A stretch of DNA of 64,000 bases from a virus (taxonomy: Duplodnaviria > Caudoviricetes). Location of the stretch: positions 110,536 to 174,535 of IMG/VR virus record IMGVR_UViG_3300044297_000138; one strand, 5' to 3'. Shown in pieces: positions 9,103-18,861 of the stretch. The first letter of the stretch is position 1, and every line of letters begins with the position of its first letter. The position numbers were made by a program, and so were the translations under genes. The notes beneath the pieces are model-generated. The model did no database searches and was not told the origin of the DNA. It worked only from the letters and a program-made list of their open reading frames with translations.

Positions 9103-9537
9103 ATGTGGATATTAAAATGGTTACCTGATTGGATTTTTTATGGTATCTTGTTCATAGGTATCATAGGTTATATTGCCACATATCTTCTACGATTCATTCC
9201 ACTCCCCGCAGTCTACATGTATAAGACACCAATACAGTTGGTGTCTATTGCTCTTATTGTCATCGGTGTTTTTATGTCCGGCGCAATTCATAACGAAGCT
9301 GCATGGATAGAACGTGTCAGAGAATTGGAAGCAAAAATTGTTGAAGCTGAATCCAGGTCTGCGGAAGAAAATGTTAAGATTGTAGAAAAAGTTGTAACAA
9401 AGATTCAAGTTATCCGAGATAGAACTGATGTTGGCATCAAATACATTGACAGAGAAGTTGTTAAGTATGATAATACATGTGTGATACCAAAAGAATTTGT
9501 TAAAGCACATAATGATGCGGCGGAGCCACCAAAATGA
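9103..9537 (+). CDS. Inner-membrane spanin (Rz-like)
   Basis: N-terminal TM helices, coiled coil, C-terminal Cys; immediately upstream of a lipoprotein and the endolysin. Confidence 0.7.
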   Translation: MWILKWLPDWIFYGILFIGIIGYIATYLLRFIPLPAVYMYKTPIQLVSIALIVIGVFMSGAIHNEAAWIERVRELEAKIVEAESRSAEENVKIVEKVVTKIQVIRDRTDVGIKYIDREVVKYDNTCVIPKEFVKAHNDAAEPPK

Positions 9538-9797
9538 AATATTATTTGTTGATTCTTACACTCTGCTTAGTTGGTTGTTCAACTACTGTTCCTGTAACTG
9601 CTAAATTCCCAGATGTACCAAACAAACTTTTAGAACAATGTCCTAATTTGCAAAAAGTTAATGAAGAAGCAAAATTGAGTGATGTTGCAAAAACCGTAAC
9701 TGTAAATTATTCCACTTACTATGATTGTGCTGTGAAACATGATGCGATGATTGAATGGTATCAGATTCAAAAGAAAATCTATGAAAGTGTAAAATAA
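9534..9797 (+). CDS. Outer-membrane spanin lipoprotein (Rz1-like)
   Basis: Lipobox LVGC, Pro-rich region, extra Cys residues. Confidence 0.75.
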   Translation: MKYYLLILTLCLVGCSTTVPVTAKFPDVPNKLLEQCPNLQKVNEEAKLSDVAKTVTVNYSTYYDCAVKHDAMIEWYQIQKKIYESVK

Positions 9798-10420
9798 TGG
9801 AATTGACAAAAGAACAACTAAAACAATTACTGCCAAAAAATCCATATATTGATTACTGGTATAATGCATTATCACAACTATTGCCTGATTATGAAATCAA
9901 TAATGCAAAACGTATTGCGGCTTTTATTGCTCAATGTTCACATGAGTCTGGTGGTTTTACAGCATTAGAAGAAAATTTAAATTACAAAGCTGCAACACTA
10001 CGTAAAATATTTCCAAAGTATTTTCCAACAGATGAGATTGCAAATCAATATGCTAGTATGCCAAACAAACAACAAGCTATTGCCAACAAGGTATATGCCA
10101 ACCGCATGGGTAATGGTGATGAATCATCTGGTGACGGATTCAAATATAAAGGTCGTGGTCTAATCCAATTGACGGGTAAAGATAACTATACATTCTTTGC
10201 TGGTTCACTCGGTATTTCCGTAGAAGAAGCAGCAGAATACATGCACACATTTGAGGGTGCCGCACAATCTGCTTGCTGGTTTTGGGAAACAAACAATCTA
10301 AACCAATGGGCTGATAAGGGTGATATTCTTACACTAACAAAACGAATTAATGGTGGAACAATTGGTCTGGAAGATCGTATTAAACACTATGAACATGCAT
10401 TACATGTTTTGGGAGCATAA
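9797..10420 (+). CDS. Glycoside hydrolase family 19 endolysin
   Basis: AFIAQCSHESGGF, GRGLIQLTG, TKRINGG motifs. Confidence 0.9.
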   Translation: MELTKEQLKQLLPKNPYIDYWYNALSQLLPDYEINNAKRIAAFIAQCSHESGGFTALEENLNYKAATLRKIFPKYFPTDEIANQYASMPNKQQAIANKVYANRMGNGDESSGDGFKYKGRGLIQLTGKDNYTFFAGSLGISVEEAAEYMHTFEGAAQSACWFWETNNLNQWADKGDILTLTKRINGGTIGLEDRIKHYEHALHVLGA

Positions 10421-10422
10421 AG

Positions 10423-10704
10423 ATGCACGATTTAAAAATGATGAAATGGTTAGTGATATTGATTATGTTACCGGTTGGCCTTGCTTTTTTTGGTGGTGAT
10501 AAGTTTCGTTATCCTTGCCAAGATCCAGCTAATTGGGATAAAGACATTTGTAAACCACCAATCTGTGATGTGACAAGAACTTGTCCGGAACATGTATTTA
10601 AAGGACAGCGTGATCCTAGATTAGGTCCACCAAAAGATGGTGTAAATGGACCATTGCCATCAGCATCACCTGCACCAGCACAAGGAGTTAACTGTGGAAA
10701 ATAA
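10423..10704 (+). CDS. Small membrane-anchored Cys-rich protein
   Basis: N-terminal TM; RYPCQDPANW...CKPPIC...TCP. Confidence 0.5.
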   Translation: MHDLKMMKWLVILIMLPVGLAFFGGDKFRYPCQDPANWDKDICKPPICDVTRTCPEHVFKGQRDPRLGPPKDGVNGPLPSASPAPAQGVNCGK

Positions 10705-11170
10705 TATACCATTTTTATATACAGAAGAACAGTTGATGGCTCGACTGAAATTCTTTATTGGTGTTTGCCTTGCATTGACACTAACAGGAATCGTATTCGT
10801 TGTATTATATTCTATCATCTTTGTTACACAACCACTTAATGCAATTTCACCTATTGACCAAAAATTCTTTGAGTTGATTATTCCTATCGCCACATTCTTG
10901 ACTGGTACTTTATCTGGTATCATGTTGGCTGGCAATAAGAAAGAAGATCAAGAAGCAATGTTGGCTGCACAAAAAATGGCACAAGATAACTTTGCTGAAA
11001 CCAAAAAAGCAATGACTGCACCTCCACCAGTTCAAAAAGTTGAACCTGTGTTTGCACCAGCAACAGGTACACAACCTCAAGTGCAACAACCACCATTGGT
11101 TACCACACAAGTAGTTACTGGATTCGGCGGCAAACCCGCACCAGCACCAGCACCACAACCGGAGATTTAA
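10694..11170 (+). CDS. Two-TM membrane protein (holin-like candidate)
   Basis: GTG start after SD aggag; two hydrophobic helices; Pro-rich tail; lies in the lysis cluster. Confidence 0.45.
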   Translation: MENNIPFLYTEEQLMARLKFFIGVCLALTLTGIVFVVLYSIIFVTQPLNAISPIDQKFFELIIPIATFLTGTLSGIMLAGNKKEDQEAMLAAQKMAQDNFAETKKAMTAPPPVQKVEPVFAPATGTQPQVQQPPLVTTQVVTGFGGKPAPAPAPQPEI

Positions 11171-11407
11171 ATGTTACAAGGTCTATTCAGCGATAGTCAC
11201 AATGGCACATTAAGTAGTAAAAGGGTTATTACATTTCTATCCTTTTTATTATGTGCATGGGGTTTTGTTGCAGATACTATGGGACATAAAGTAAATGCTG
11301 ACCTATTCAATTCATTAATGTATATTGTTGTTGCAGGTTTAGGGTTTACTGCTTCCGAGAAATTTACAACAATAAATAAAGAAACAAAATCTAAGGGGTT
11401 ACTATGA
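11171..11407 (+). CDS. Small two-TM membrane protein (holin-like candidate)
   Basis: SSKRV followed by two TM segments. Confidence 0.45.
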   Translation: MLQGLFSDSHNGTLSSKRVITFLSFLLCAWGFVADTMGHKVNADLFNSLMYIVVAGLGFTASEKFTTINKETKSKGLL

Positions 11408-11613
11408 AAATGTATGCAATATTTTTAGCCGTTGCGATGGCATTTGGTTCAGTTTCTGTTTACGCTGAGGCAGAAAAAACAAAAGTTTGTGTTGATGTTA
11501 AAGATAAAGATGGTAAACCAGTTAAAGATGCCAAAGGTAATGTCAAACAAAACTGCAAGGAAATGAAAGTCCATAAAAAATTAGAGGGCACAGAAGTTCC
11601 TCCAAAGAAATAA
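11404..11613 (+). CDS. Small secreted/periplasmic protein
   Basis: Signal peptide ending AxA; two Cys; Lys-rich. Confidence 0.5.
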   Translation: MKMYAIFLAVAMAFGSVSVYAEAEKTKVCVDVKDKDGKPVKDAKGNVKQNCKEMKVHKKLEGTEVPPKK

Positions 11614-11620
11614 TAAAAAA

Positions 11621-11926
11621 ATGGCAACTACCACCGAAAGATTAGGCATTGTTGAAACTAAGGTAGAAAACCTTAGTGAAAAATTGGATGATATTAAAGT
11701 TGATGTTAAAGAAATGCACGATTGTTTAGATAGAACCCGTGATGAATTAAAAGATCAACTATCAAGGATGTATGACACATCATGTTCTCAACATGCCGAA
11801 ATGGCCAAAAAAATTGGCGAACTGGAAAAAATCCGAGAAAAAACTATGTGGATGGTTGCCGGTGCCGTTGCCATGGCTGGTATATTTTCGGGTCACCTGG
11901 ACAAGTTGCTTGCATTTTTACATTAA
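11621..11926 (+). CDS. Coiled-coil protein with C-terminal TM
   Basis: Heptad pattern and hydrophobic C-terminus. Confidence 0.5.
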   Translation: MATTTERLGIVETKVENLSEKLDDIKVDVKEMHDCLDRTRDELKDQLSRMYDTSCSQHAEMAKKIGELEKIREKTMWMVAGAVAMAGIFSGHLDKLLAFLH

Positions 11927-11968
11927 TTAGTATATAATTGAGTTTCTTGTAAACATTTTGTCTTTGTT

Positions 11969-12994
11969 ATGTCCGTTTTTATTGATAGAACCTTTCTGCT
12001 AAGGGTGTCCCCTAAGCTTCAAAAATTCACACAGAAAAAATCTGATCTTTATAATTTCAGATGCCCTATCTGTGGCGATTCTTCCAAAAATAAGACTAAA
12101 GCTCGTGGTTATATCTACGAGAAAAAAAATAACTATTTCTTTATGTGTCACAATTGTGGTGCATCCATGTCTTTTTACAATTTCCTGGATAAAGTTGATC
12201 CACACCTACTTAAAGAATATGCACTTGAAAGATACAAAAATGGTGAAGATGGAAAAGCAAACTATACAAAGCCTACATTTGAGATTGCTAAAGGCACTCC
12301 CACATTTAAATCCAAATTATCTTTACCGTCCATACAATCGTTGCCAACTGGCCATTTTGCAAAAGAATATGTGGAAAACAGGAAAATTCCCGAAACTCAT
12401 TTTTCATCGTTATATTTTGCCGAAGATTTTAAAAAGTTTGTTGAAAGCCTCGGCATTGAAAAAGACGGATTAAAAGAGGATGATCCACGATTGGTTATTC
12501 CTTTTTATGATGAAGAAAAAAATCTTGTGGCATTTCAAGGACGTGCTCTCGGTGAATCTAAACTGAGATATATTACCGTAAAAATTGATAAAGACAATCA
12601 CAAAGTTTTTGGTATGGACCGTGTGAGTGTTGACATGGATGATGAAGATAAAATGGTCTATGTCACAGAAGGACCTATTGACTCACTTTTTTTGGATAAT
12701 GCCATAGCAACAGCAGATGCAAATCTGAGGACAGCAGCTAAACACATTGATAAATCAAAGTTAGTATTGATTTATGACAATGAACCACGCAATAAAGATA
12801 TTTGCCGACAAATGGAACAGGCAATAGAGGAACATTTCAATATTGTTATATGGCCTGAAATGATTGAAGAAAAAGATATCAACGAAATGGTCTTGGCTGG
12901 TTTCTCACCTGACGAAATCCAAGATATCATAAGTAAAAATACATATCAAAATTTAAGAGCAAAAATTGAATTTGTAAATTGGAGAAAAACATGA
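11969..12994 (+). CDS. gp61: DNA primase (T4 gp61-like)
   Basis: Zn finger CPICGDS...CHNC; TOPRIM motifs EGPIDS and YDNEPRN. Confidence 0.95.
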   Translation: MSVFIDRTFLLRVSPKLQKFTQKKSDLYNFRCPICGDSSKNKTKARGYIYEKKNNYFFMCHNCGASMSFYNFLDKVDPHLLKEYALERYKNGEDGKANYTKPTFEIAKGTPTFKSKLSLPSIQSLPTGHFAKEYVENRKIPETHFSSLYFAEDFKKFVESLGIEKDGLKEDDPRLVIPFYDEEKNLVAFQGRALGESKLRYITVKIDKDNHKVFGMDRVSVDMDDEDKMVYVTEGPIDSLFLDNAIATADANLRTAAKHIDKSKLVLIYDNEPRNKDICRQMEQAIEEHFNIVIWPEMIEEKDINEMVLAGFSPDEIQDIISKNTYQNLRAKIEFVNWRKT

Positions 12995-13686
12995 AAGTAA
13001 CATTAATTAATTATTCACAAGGCCCCTTTGAAAACATTCTCGGTGTGGATGTACCATCTAAAACGAATCTTTTAGATCAAATCGCATACTGTGCCAGAGT
13101 ATCAAATCCTGCTAACCAAAACAACACGGAAACATCAGAAAAACTGGTCCGTTATCTGATTAAGAACCAACACTGGTCTCCGTTGGAGATGGTTTCCGTC
13201 TGTGTGGAAATTGAAACTACCCGTGATATTGCTCGACAGATTTTGCGTCACCGTTCCTTCTCTTTCCAAGAATTCAGTCAGCGTTATGCTGATGCATCAC
13301 AATTAGGTTTTGAATTGCGTGAACCTCGTTTGCAAGATACAAAGAATCGTCAAAATAGTGTTGAATTGAATACTGATGATGAGGATGACAGATTTATATT
13401 TTCTGAATGGAATCTTAGACAACAAGAAGTGATTGATTTAGTAGAAGAACACTATAATTGGGCTTTAGAAGCTGGTATAGCCAAAGAACAAGCAAGATCC
13501 ATTTTACCTGAAGGTAATACTGGTTCTCGCATGTATATGAATGGAACTTTGCGTTCTTGGGTTCACTATATACAACTCCGTTCAGCAAATGGAACACAAA
13601 AAGAACACCGTGAAGTTGCATTGGCCTGTGCTGATGCGATTGAACCTATTTTCCCAATGATTAAAGAATTTATAACACAAGAATAA
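12991..13686 (+). CDS. thyX: Flavin-dependent thymidylate synthase
   Basis: HWSPLE and RHRSFSFQEFSQRY ThyX motif. Confidence 0.95.
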   Translation: MKVTLINYSQGPFENILGVDVPSKTNLLDQIAYCARVSNPANQNNTETSEKLVRYLIKNQHWSPLEMVSVCVEIETTRDIARQILRHRSFSFQEFSQRYADASQLGFELREPRLQDTKNRQNSVELNTDDEDDRFIFSEWNLRQQEVIDLVEEHYNWALEAGIAKEQARSILPEGNTGSRMYMNGTLRSWVHYIQLRSANGTQKEHREVALACADAIEPIFPMIKEFITQE

Positions 13687-13695
13687 GGATAAAAT

Positions 13696-15507
13696 ATGCA
13701 ACATCTAGGAATCAAAATAGATTTAGAAAAAGATAAACTATTTGATGAATTGGGAATTAAAAGATTAAAAGAATCTTATATGAGAGATGATGAGGAAAGT
13801 CCTCAACAAAGATTTGCATATGTTTCAAAACAATTTGGTACAGATAAAGATCATGCACAAAGACTTTATGAATATTCTAGCAAACATTGGTTATCGTATT
13901 CTACACCGATTCTATCTTTTGGTCGTAGCAAGCGTGGTTTACCAATTTCTTGTTTCTTAAATTATATTGAAGATACTGCGGAGGGTTTAGTTGATAATCT
14001 TTCAGAAACTAATTGGCTTTCTATGCTTGGTGGCGGTGTTGGGATTGGTTTTGGTATTCGTTCGGCGGATGATAAATCTACTGGCGTTATGCCGCACCTC
14101 AAAATTTACGATGCATCTAGTTTGGCGTATCGCCAAGGTAGCACTCGCCGTGGGTCTTATGCTGCCTATCTTGATATTTCCCATCCTGATATTATTCCCT
14201 TCCTTGAGATGAGAAAACCGACAGGCGACCAAAATGTTCGTTGCCTGAATCTACATCACGGCATTAATATCACCGATGACTTCATGCAGATTATTGAAAA
14301 CTGCATGATTGATAAGGATGCGAGCGATGATTGGAAACTTATTGATCCGGCTTCAAATGAAATTCGTGAAGTTGTATCAGCAAGAATGTTGTGGGAAAAA
14401 ATTCTAGATTTACGTATGCATACGGGTGAACCATATCTACATTTTATTGATACGAGCAATCGTTTTCTTCCTGAGTGGTTAAAAGAAAAAAATTTAAAGA
14501 TACATCAATCAAACTTGTGTTCTGAAATTATTCTTCCTACAAATGAAGAAAGAACCGCTGTATGTTGTTTATCATCCTTAAATCTGGAGTATTATGATGA
14601 ATGGAAAGAAAATTCTGTCTTTCTCCGTGACGTTGCTGAAATGCTTGATAATGTACTTAATTATTTTATTGATAATGCTCCAGCAGCCATCGAAAGAGCT
14701 AAATATTCTGCTATGCGTGAACGCAGCATTGGTATTGGTGCTTTGGGATTTCATGCTTATCTGCAAAGAAAAGGCGTGGCGTTTGAAGGAGTGATGGCCA
14801 AAGTTTTAAACAATTCAATGTTCAAAAATATTAGAGAAGGACTTGACGATGCTAACTTGGTTCTTGGAAAAATTAGGGGTGAAGCTCCAGATGCTGTTGG
14901 CTACGGTAAACGTTTTAGTCATCTTATGGCTATTGCTCCAAATGCTTCTTCGTCTATCATTATGGGAAACACTAGCCCTAGTATTGAACCTTATCGTGCT
15001 AATGCTTATCGCCAGGATACGTTATCTGGCTCATTTTTGAATAAGAACAAATATCTAGATAAAGTGATTATGAATCATCTTTCTCCGGACGGTTCACCAT
15101 TGACACCAAAAGGTGAAGAATTTTATGCTGAAATTTGGTCATCAATTATTGCAAATGATGGATCGGTTCAACATTTGGATTGGATGGATGAAAACACAAA
15201 AGCAGTATACAAAACATCCATGGAAATTGACCAGCGTTGGGTAATTGAACATGCATCCGACCGTCAACAATATATTGACCAAGCGCAATCACTAAATCTA
15301 TTTTTCCGTCCAGATGTAAATATTAAATATCTACATGCAATTCATTTTATGGCATGGAAAAAAGGACTTAAAACTCTTTATTACTGCCGTAGTGAAAAAT
15401 TAGCCAAGGCAGATAAAGTGGCCAAAAAAATTGAAAGACAAGTTATCAAAGAACTTGATATGACACAGATTGCACAAGGTAACGACTGCATTGCCTGTGA
15501 AGGTTAA
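13696..15507 (+). CDS. nrdA: Class I ribonucleotide reductase alpha subunit (short form, no ATP cone)
   Basis: ISCF, SNLCSEI, APNASSS, KTLYY, C-terminal CIACEG. Confidence 0.95.
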   Translation: MQHLGIKIDLEKDKLFDELGIKRLKESYMRDDEESPQQRFAYVSKQFGTDKDHAQRLYEYSSKHWLSYSTPILSFGRSKRGLPISCFLNYIEDTAEGLVDNLSETNWLSMLGGGVGIGFGIRSADDKSTGVMPHLKIYDASSLAYRQGSTRRGSYAAYLDISHPDIIPFLEMRKPTGDQNVRCLNLHHGINITDDFMQIIENCMIDKDASDDWKLIDPASNEIREVVSARMLWEKILDLRMHTGEPYLHFIDTSNRFLPEWLKEKNLKIHQSNLCSEIILPTNEERTAVCCLSSLNLEYYDEWKENSVFLRDVAEMLDNVLNYFIDNAPAAIERAKYSAMRERSIGIGALGFHAYLQRKGVAFEGVMAKVLNNSMFKNIREGLDDANLVLGKIRGEAPDAVGYGKRFSHLMAIAPNASSSIIMGNTSPSIEPYRANAYRQDTLSGSFLNKNKYLDKVIMNHLSPDGSPLTPKGEEFYAEIWSSIIANDGSVQHLDWMDENTKAVYKTSMEIDQRWVIEHASDRQQYIDQAQSLNLFFRPDVNIKYLHAIHFMAWKKGLKTLYYCRSEKLAKADKVAKKIERQVIKELDMTQIAQGNDCIACEG

Positions 15508-15509
15508 TA

Positions 15510-16214
15510 ATGACAGCACTACTTTATACTCTTATAGTTACACACATTACGATTGTTTGTGTAACCATATTTTTACATAGAGGTCAAGCACATAAAGGAT
15601 TGATTTTTAATCCTATATTAGAACACTTTATGAGGTTCTGGTTGTGGTTGACTACCGGCATGGTTACGAAACAATGGGTTGCAATTCACCGTAAACATCA
15701 TCGTTATAGTGATTTAAATGGTGATCCTCATAGCCCACATGTATATGGTTTTTGGAAAGTATTATTCAAAGGAGCATTACTGTACCATGAAGCATCAAAA
15801 GATAAAGACATGGTTAATACATATGGCGTTGGTACTCCTTCTGATTGGATTGAGCACAACATATACAGTAATCACTCCAGACTTGGCATTGGCCTTCTCT
15901 TTTTGTTCAACACGTTAATATTTGGATGGTTGGGTATATTGATTTGGTTGATACAAATGATTTGGATTCCATTTTGGGCCGCAGGTGTTATAAATGGTGT
16001 TGGACATTTTTTTGGATATAGAAATGGAGAAACAAAAGATTCTTCCAAAAACATTTTTCCTTGGGGTATAATCATTGGTGGAGAATGTCTACATAACAAT
16101 CATCATCTAGATCCAGCAAATCCAAAATTGAGTCGCCGCTGGTTTGAATTTGATATTGGCTGGTTTTATATAAAAGTTTTAGAAAAAGTTGGATTATTAA
16201 AAATTAGGAGTTAA
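15510..16214 (+). CDS. desA: Membrane fatty acid (acyl-CoA, delta-9 type) desaturase
   Basis: His boxes HRGQAH, HRKHH, HNNHH; FDIGW motif. Confidence 0.85.
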   Translation: MTALLYTLIVTHITIVCVTIFLHRGQAHKGLIFNPILEHFMRFWLWLTTGMVTKQWVAIHRKHHRYSDLNGDPHSPHVYGFWKVLFKGALLYHEASKDKDMVNTYGVGTPSDWIEHNIYSNHSRLGIGLLFLFNTLIFGWLGILIWLIQMIWIPFWAAGVINGVGHFFGYRNGETKDSSKNIFPWGIIIGGECLHNNHHLDPANPKLSRRWFEFDIGWFYIKVLEKVGLLKIRS

Positions 16215-16215
16215 A

Positions 16216-16653
16216 ATGAAAAAATTAATTTCAATATTATTATTTTTACCATTAATAGTATTAGCACAACAACAAAAGGATGGTGTCACATACGATGCAA
16301 CTATAACAAGAGTCATCGATGGTGATACCGTAGCATTTCAAGCCAACTGGTTGCCTGAACCTCTTAAAAAGGAGTTGTCAATCAGAGTCTTTGGCGTCGA
16401 TACTCCAGAAAAAGGATTTAGAGCAAAATGTCCTCAAGAAGATGCTAGAGGACAAGCCGCAACTAATTTTACCAAAAGTGCAGTTGCAAAAGCTAAGAAA
16501 CGACAAATCATTATCATGGACTGGGACAAATATGGTGGTCGTGTCTTGGGTGATGTATTACTAGATGGTTATAGTCTAAGACATATGTTAATGGCGAATG
16601 GTTTTGCTAGGGAATATTATGGTGAAGCAAAAACATCTTGGTGTATTCAATAA
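16216..16653 (+). CDS. Thermonuclease (SNase) family nuclease with signal peptide
   Basis: VIDGDT, GVDTPE, DKYGGRVLG motifs. Confidence 0.85.
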   Translation: MKKLISILLFLPLIVLAQQQKDGVTYDATITRVIDGDTVAFQANWLPEPLKKELSIRVFGVDTPEKGFRAKCPQEDARGQAATNFTKSAVAKAKKRQIIIMDWDKYGGRVLGDVLLDGYSLRHMLMANGFAREYYGEAKTSWCIQ

Positions 16654-16664
16654 AAGGATAATAA

Positions 16665-16916
16665 ATGAAAAGAGTAATAAGATTTACAGCTTCATGGTGT
16701 CAACCATGTAAAACATTAGCAAAGAATTTGGAAACAGTAAACAACGTGAAAAGCATTCCAATTGAAGTTATTGATATTGATGTTAATCCAGAACTTGCCA
16801 TGGAATATGGCATTAGAAGTGTGCCAACTTTAATAATGAAAGAAGAAAACGTAGAAGTTAAAAGATTTAGTGGTGTTCGTTCTCTTAAAGAATTAGAAGG
16901 ATGGATCAATGATTAA
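16665..16916 (+). CDS. Thioredoxin
   Basis: WCQPC active site; SVPT motif. Confidence 0.9.
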   Translation: MKRVIRFTASWCQPCKTLAKNLETVNNVKSIPIEVIDIDVNPELAMEYGIRSVPTLIMKEENVEVKRFSGVRSLKELEGWIND

Positions 16917-17895
16917 AAAAGCAGAATCAAAATTAACTGACGAAAGAAATTCGTTTAAACCATTCAATTATCCTTGGGCATATGATGCTTGGTTGAAACA
17001 CGAACAAATTCATTGGTTACATACCGAAGTTCCAATGCTTGAGGATATGAAAGATTGGAAGAAGAAACTGACGGCTGAAGAAAAACAATTCTTAACTCAT
17101 ATTTTTCGTTTCTTTACACAAGGTGATATTGATGTTGCCGGTGGTTATGTTAAAAATTATCTTCCGTATTTTCCACAACCAGAAATTCGTATGATGTTGA
17201 TGGGTTTTGCTGCTCGTGAAGCACTACACATTGCTGCTTATTCACACTTGATTGAAACCCTTGGTTTACCCGAGACTACATACAATCAATTTCTTGAATA
17301 TCAAGAAATGAAAGACAAACACGACTATGTGTTAGACATTGCAAGTAAAAACGGAACAAAAGAGAATACTGCACGCCATATCGCCGTGTTCAGTGCTTTT
17401 ACTGAAGGTATGCAGTTATTCTCCTCTTTTATTATGTTGTTGAATTTCCCACGCCACGGTAAAATGAAAGGAATGGGTCAAATCGTTACTTGGTCTATTG
17501 TTGATGAAACGATGCACGCCGAGAACATGATGAAACTATTCAAAACATATGTTGGTGAAAATCCTGAAATCTGGACGGACGAATTAAAGTCCAGCATTTA
17601 TACTATTGCCGAAAAAATGGTAGATTTAGAAGATAAGTTTATTGATTTGGCTTTTGGTGTGACTGAGATGGAAGGACTAAGTAGTGATGATGTAAAAAAA
17701 TATATTCGTTACATTGCTGATCGCAGATTGATTGGTCTTGGAATGAAAGGTATTTTTAAGGTGAAACGTAATCCTCTTCCTTGGGTTGAGGAAATGATTA
17801 ATGCACCAACACACACCAACTTCTTTGAGAATCGTGCAACAGATTATGCAAAAGGTGCCACGCAAGGTGATTGGAGTGAGGTTTGGGCTCATTAA
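16909..17895 (+). CDS. nrdB: Ribonucleotide reductase beta subunit
   Basis: EALH, EGMQLFSSF, DETMH di-metal ligands; NFFE C-terminus. Confidence 0.95.
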   Translation: MIKKAESKLTDERNSFKPFNYPWAYDAWLKHEQIHWLHTEVPMLEDMKDWKKKLTAEEKQFLTHIFRFFTQGDIDVAGGYVKNYLPYFPQPEIRMMLMGFAAREALHIAAYSHLIETLGLPETTYNQFLEYQEMKDKHDYVLDIASKNGTKENTARHIAVFSAFTEGMQLFSSFIMLLNFPRHGKMKGMGQIVTWSIVDETMHAENMMKLFKTYVGENPEIWTDELKSSIYTIAEKMVDLEDKFIDLAFGVTEMEGLSSDDVKKYIRYIADRRLIGLGMKGIFKVKRNPLPWVEEMINAPTHTNFFENRATDYAKGATQGDWSEVWAH

Positions 17896-17904
17896 GGAGA
17901 ATAA

Positions 17905-18090
17905 ATGAAAACAATAACAGCAGAGTGTTCAAACTGCGAATCATCTTATGATATAATTTACCAAGAACAATTAGTGTCTGAAGAATATCCAGAAATTTGT
18001 CCGTTTTGCGGCGAACAGATTGATGAGCTTACGGAGTCCGACTATATAGAGGATGACGATGCTATGGATAATCAAGAATGGGACGATTGA
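17905..18090 (+). CDS. Small Zn-ribbon protein
   Basis: CSNC...CPFCG with an acidic tail. Confidence 0.6.
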   Translation: MKTITAECSNCESSYDIIYQEQLVSEEYPEICPFCGEQIDELTESDYIEDDDAMDNQEWDD

Positions 18091-18494
18091 ATTGGATTTA
18101 TAAACAAAACGACTTTGTTGAAGAAATGATTGGTGAGAATTACGGTTTTGTATACTGTATCACCAATACAACAACCGGTAAAAAATACATTGGTAAGAAA
18201 TTTTTCTACAGCTCAAAGACCAAACAGGTAAAAGGTAAGAAGAAACGTTTAAAAGTTTCCTCGGACTGGCAAACTTATTATGGAAGTAATGAGGAGTTGA
18301 AAAAAGATGTTATAATACATGGTCAAGAGGCTTTTGTCCGTGAGATACTACACCTTTGCAAAAGTAAAGGAGAATGTGGTTATCTTGAGGCCAAAGAACA
18401 GTTTGTGAATGGTGTATTAGAAAGTGACAATTATTATAATACCTGGATTATGGTAAGAGTAAGAAAGTCACATATCAAGGGATTACAATGTTAA
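18078..18494 (+). CDS. GIY-YIG endonuclease (T4 endonuclease II-like)
   Basis: GFVYCITN...KKYIGKK, YYGS, YYN. Confidence 0.8.
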   Translation: MGRLNWIYKQNDFVEEMIGENYGFVYCITNTTTGKKYIGKKFFYSSKTKQVKGKKKRLKVSSDWQTYYGSNEELKKDVIIHGQEAFVREILHLCKSKGECGYLEAKEQFVNGVLESDNYYNTWIMVRVRKSHIKGLQC

Positions 18495-18835
18495 GTGTTT
18501 TTCAAAAAATAAAAGATTTTGATACAATCTTTTTTGTTCCGAATCCTGAATCGGATAATGATAATGAGGTTCAAATAGAAGTTGCAAATTATAAAGAAGT
18601 TGGTGAAAAAGTTGGTGGTTCCGAAATGGGTGACTTATATGATATTATTGTGTTTCGTTTAGATGAAGAAAGTAATGTTACCGATTTAGATAAATTTGAA
18701 GGTATTTTAGTTGAACCTAGAGAATATGTTTCCAGAATGATTAAAGAAGATTGGTATGGAATGGTTTCCAGGAAAACCACAACTTCCGACAAACTTACCA
18801 CAGACGTATTTGCCAAATGGTCGGCTTTGTGTTAA
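18488..18835 (+). CDS. Hypothetical protein
   Basis: ORF coupled to its neighbours. Confidence 0.5.
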   Translation: MLSVFQKIKDFDTIFFVPNPESDNDNEVQIEVANYKEVGEKVGGSEMGDLYDIIVFRLDEESNVTDLDKFEGILVEPREYVSRMIKEDWYGMVSRKTTTSDKLTTDVFAKWSALC

Positions 18836-18861
18836 AATACTAAAAACTTTGAAAGTATATT

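Noticed and set aside
12991-17895. Introns or inteins in thyX, nrdA or nrdB
   Set aside because: All three are continuous ORFs of normal or compact length.
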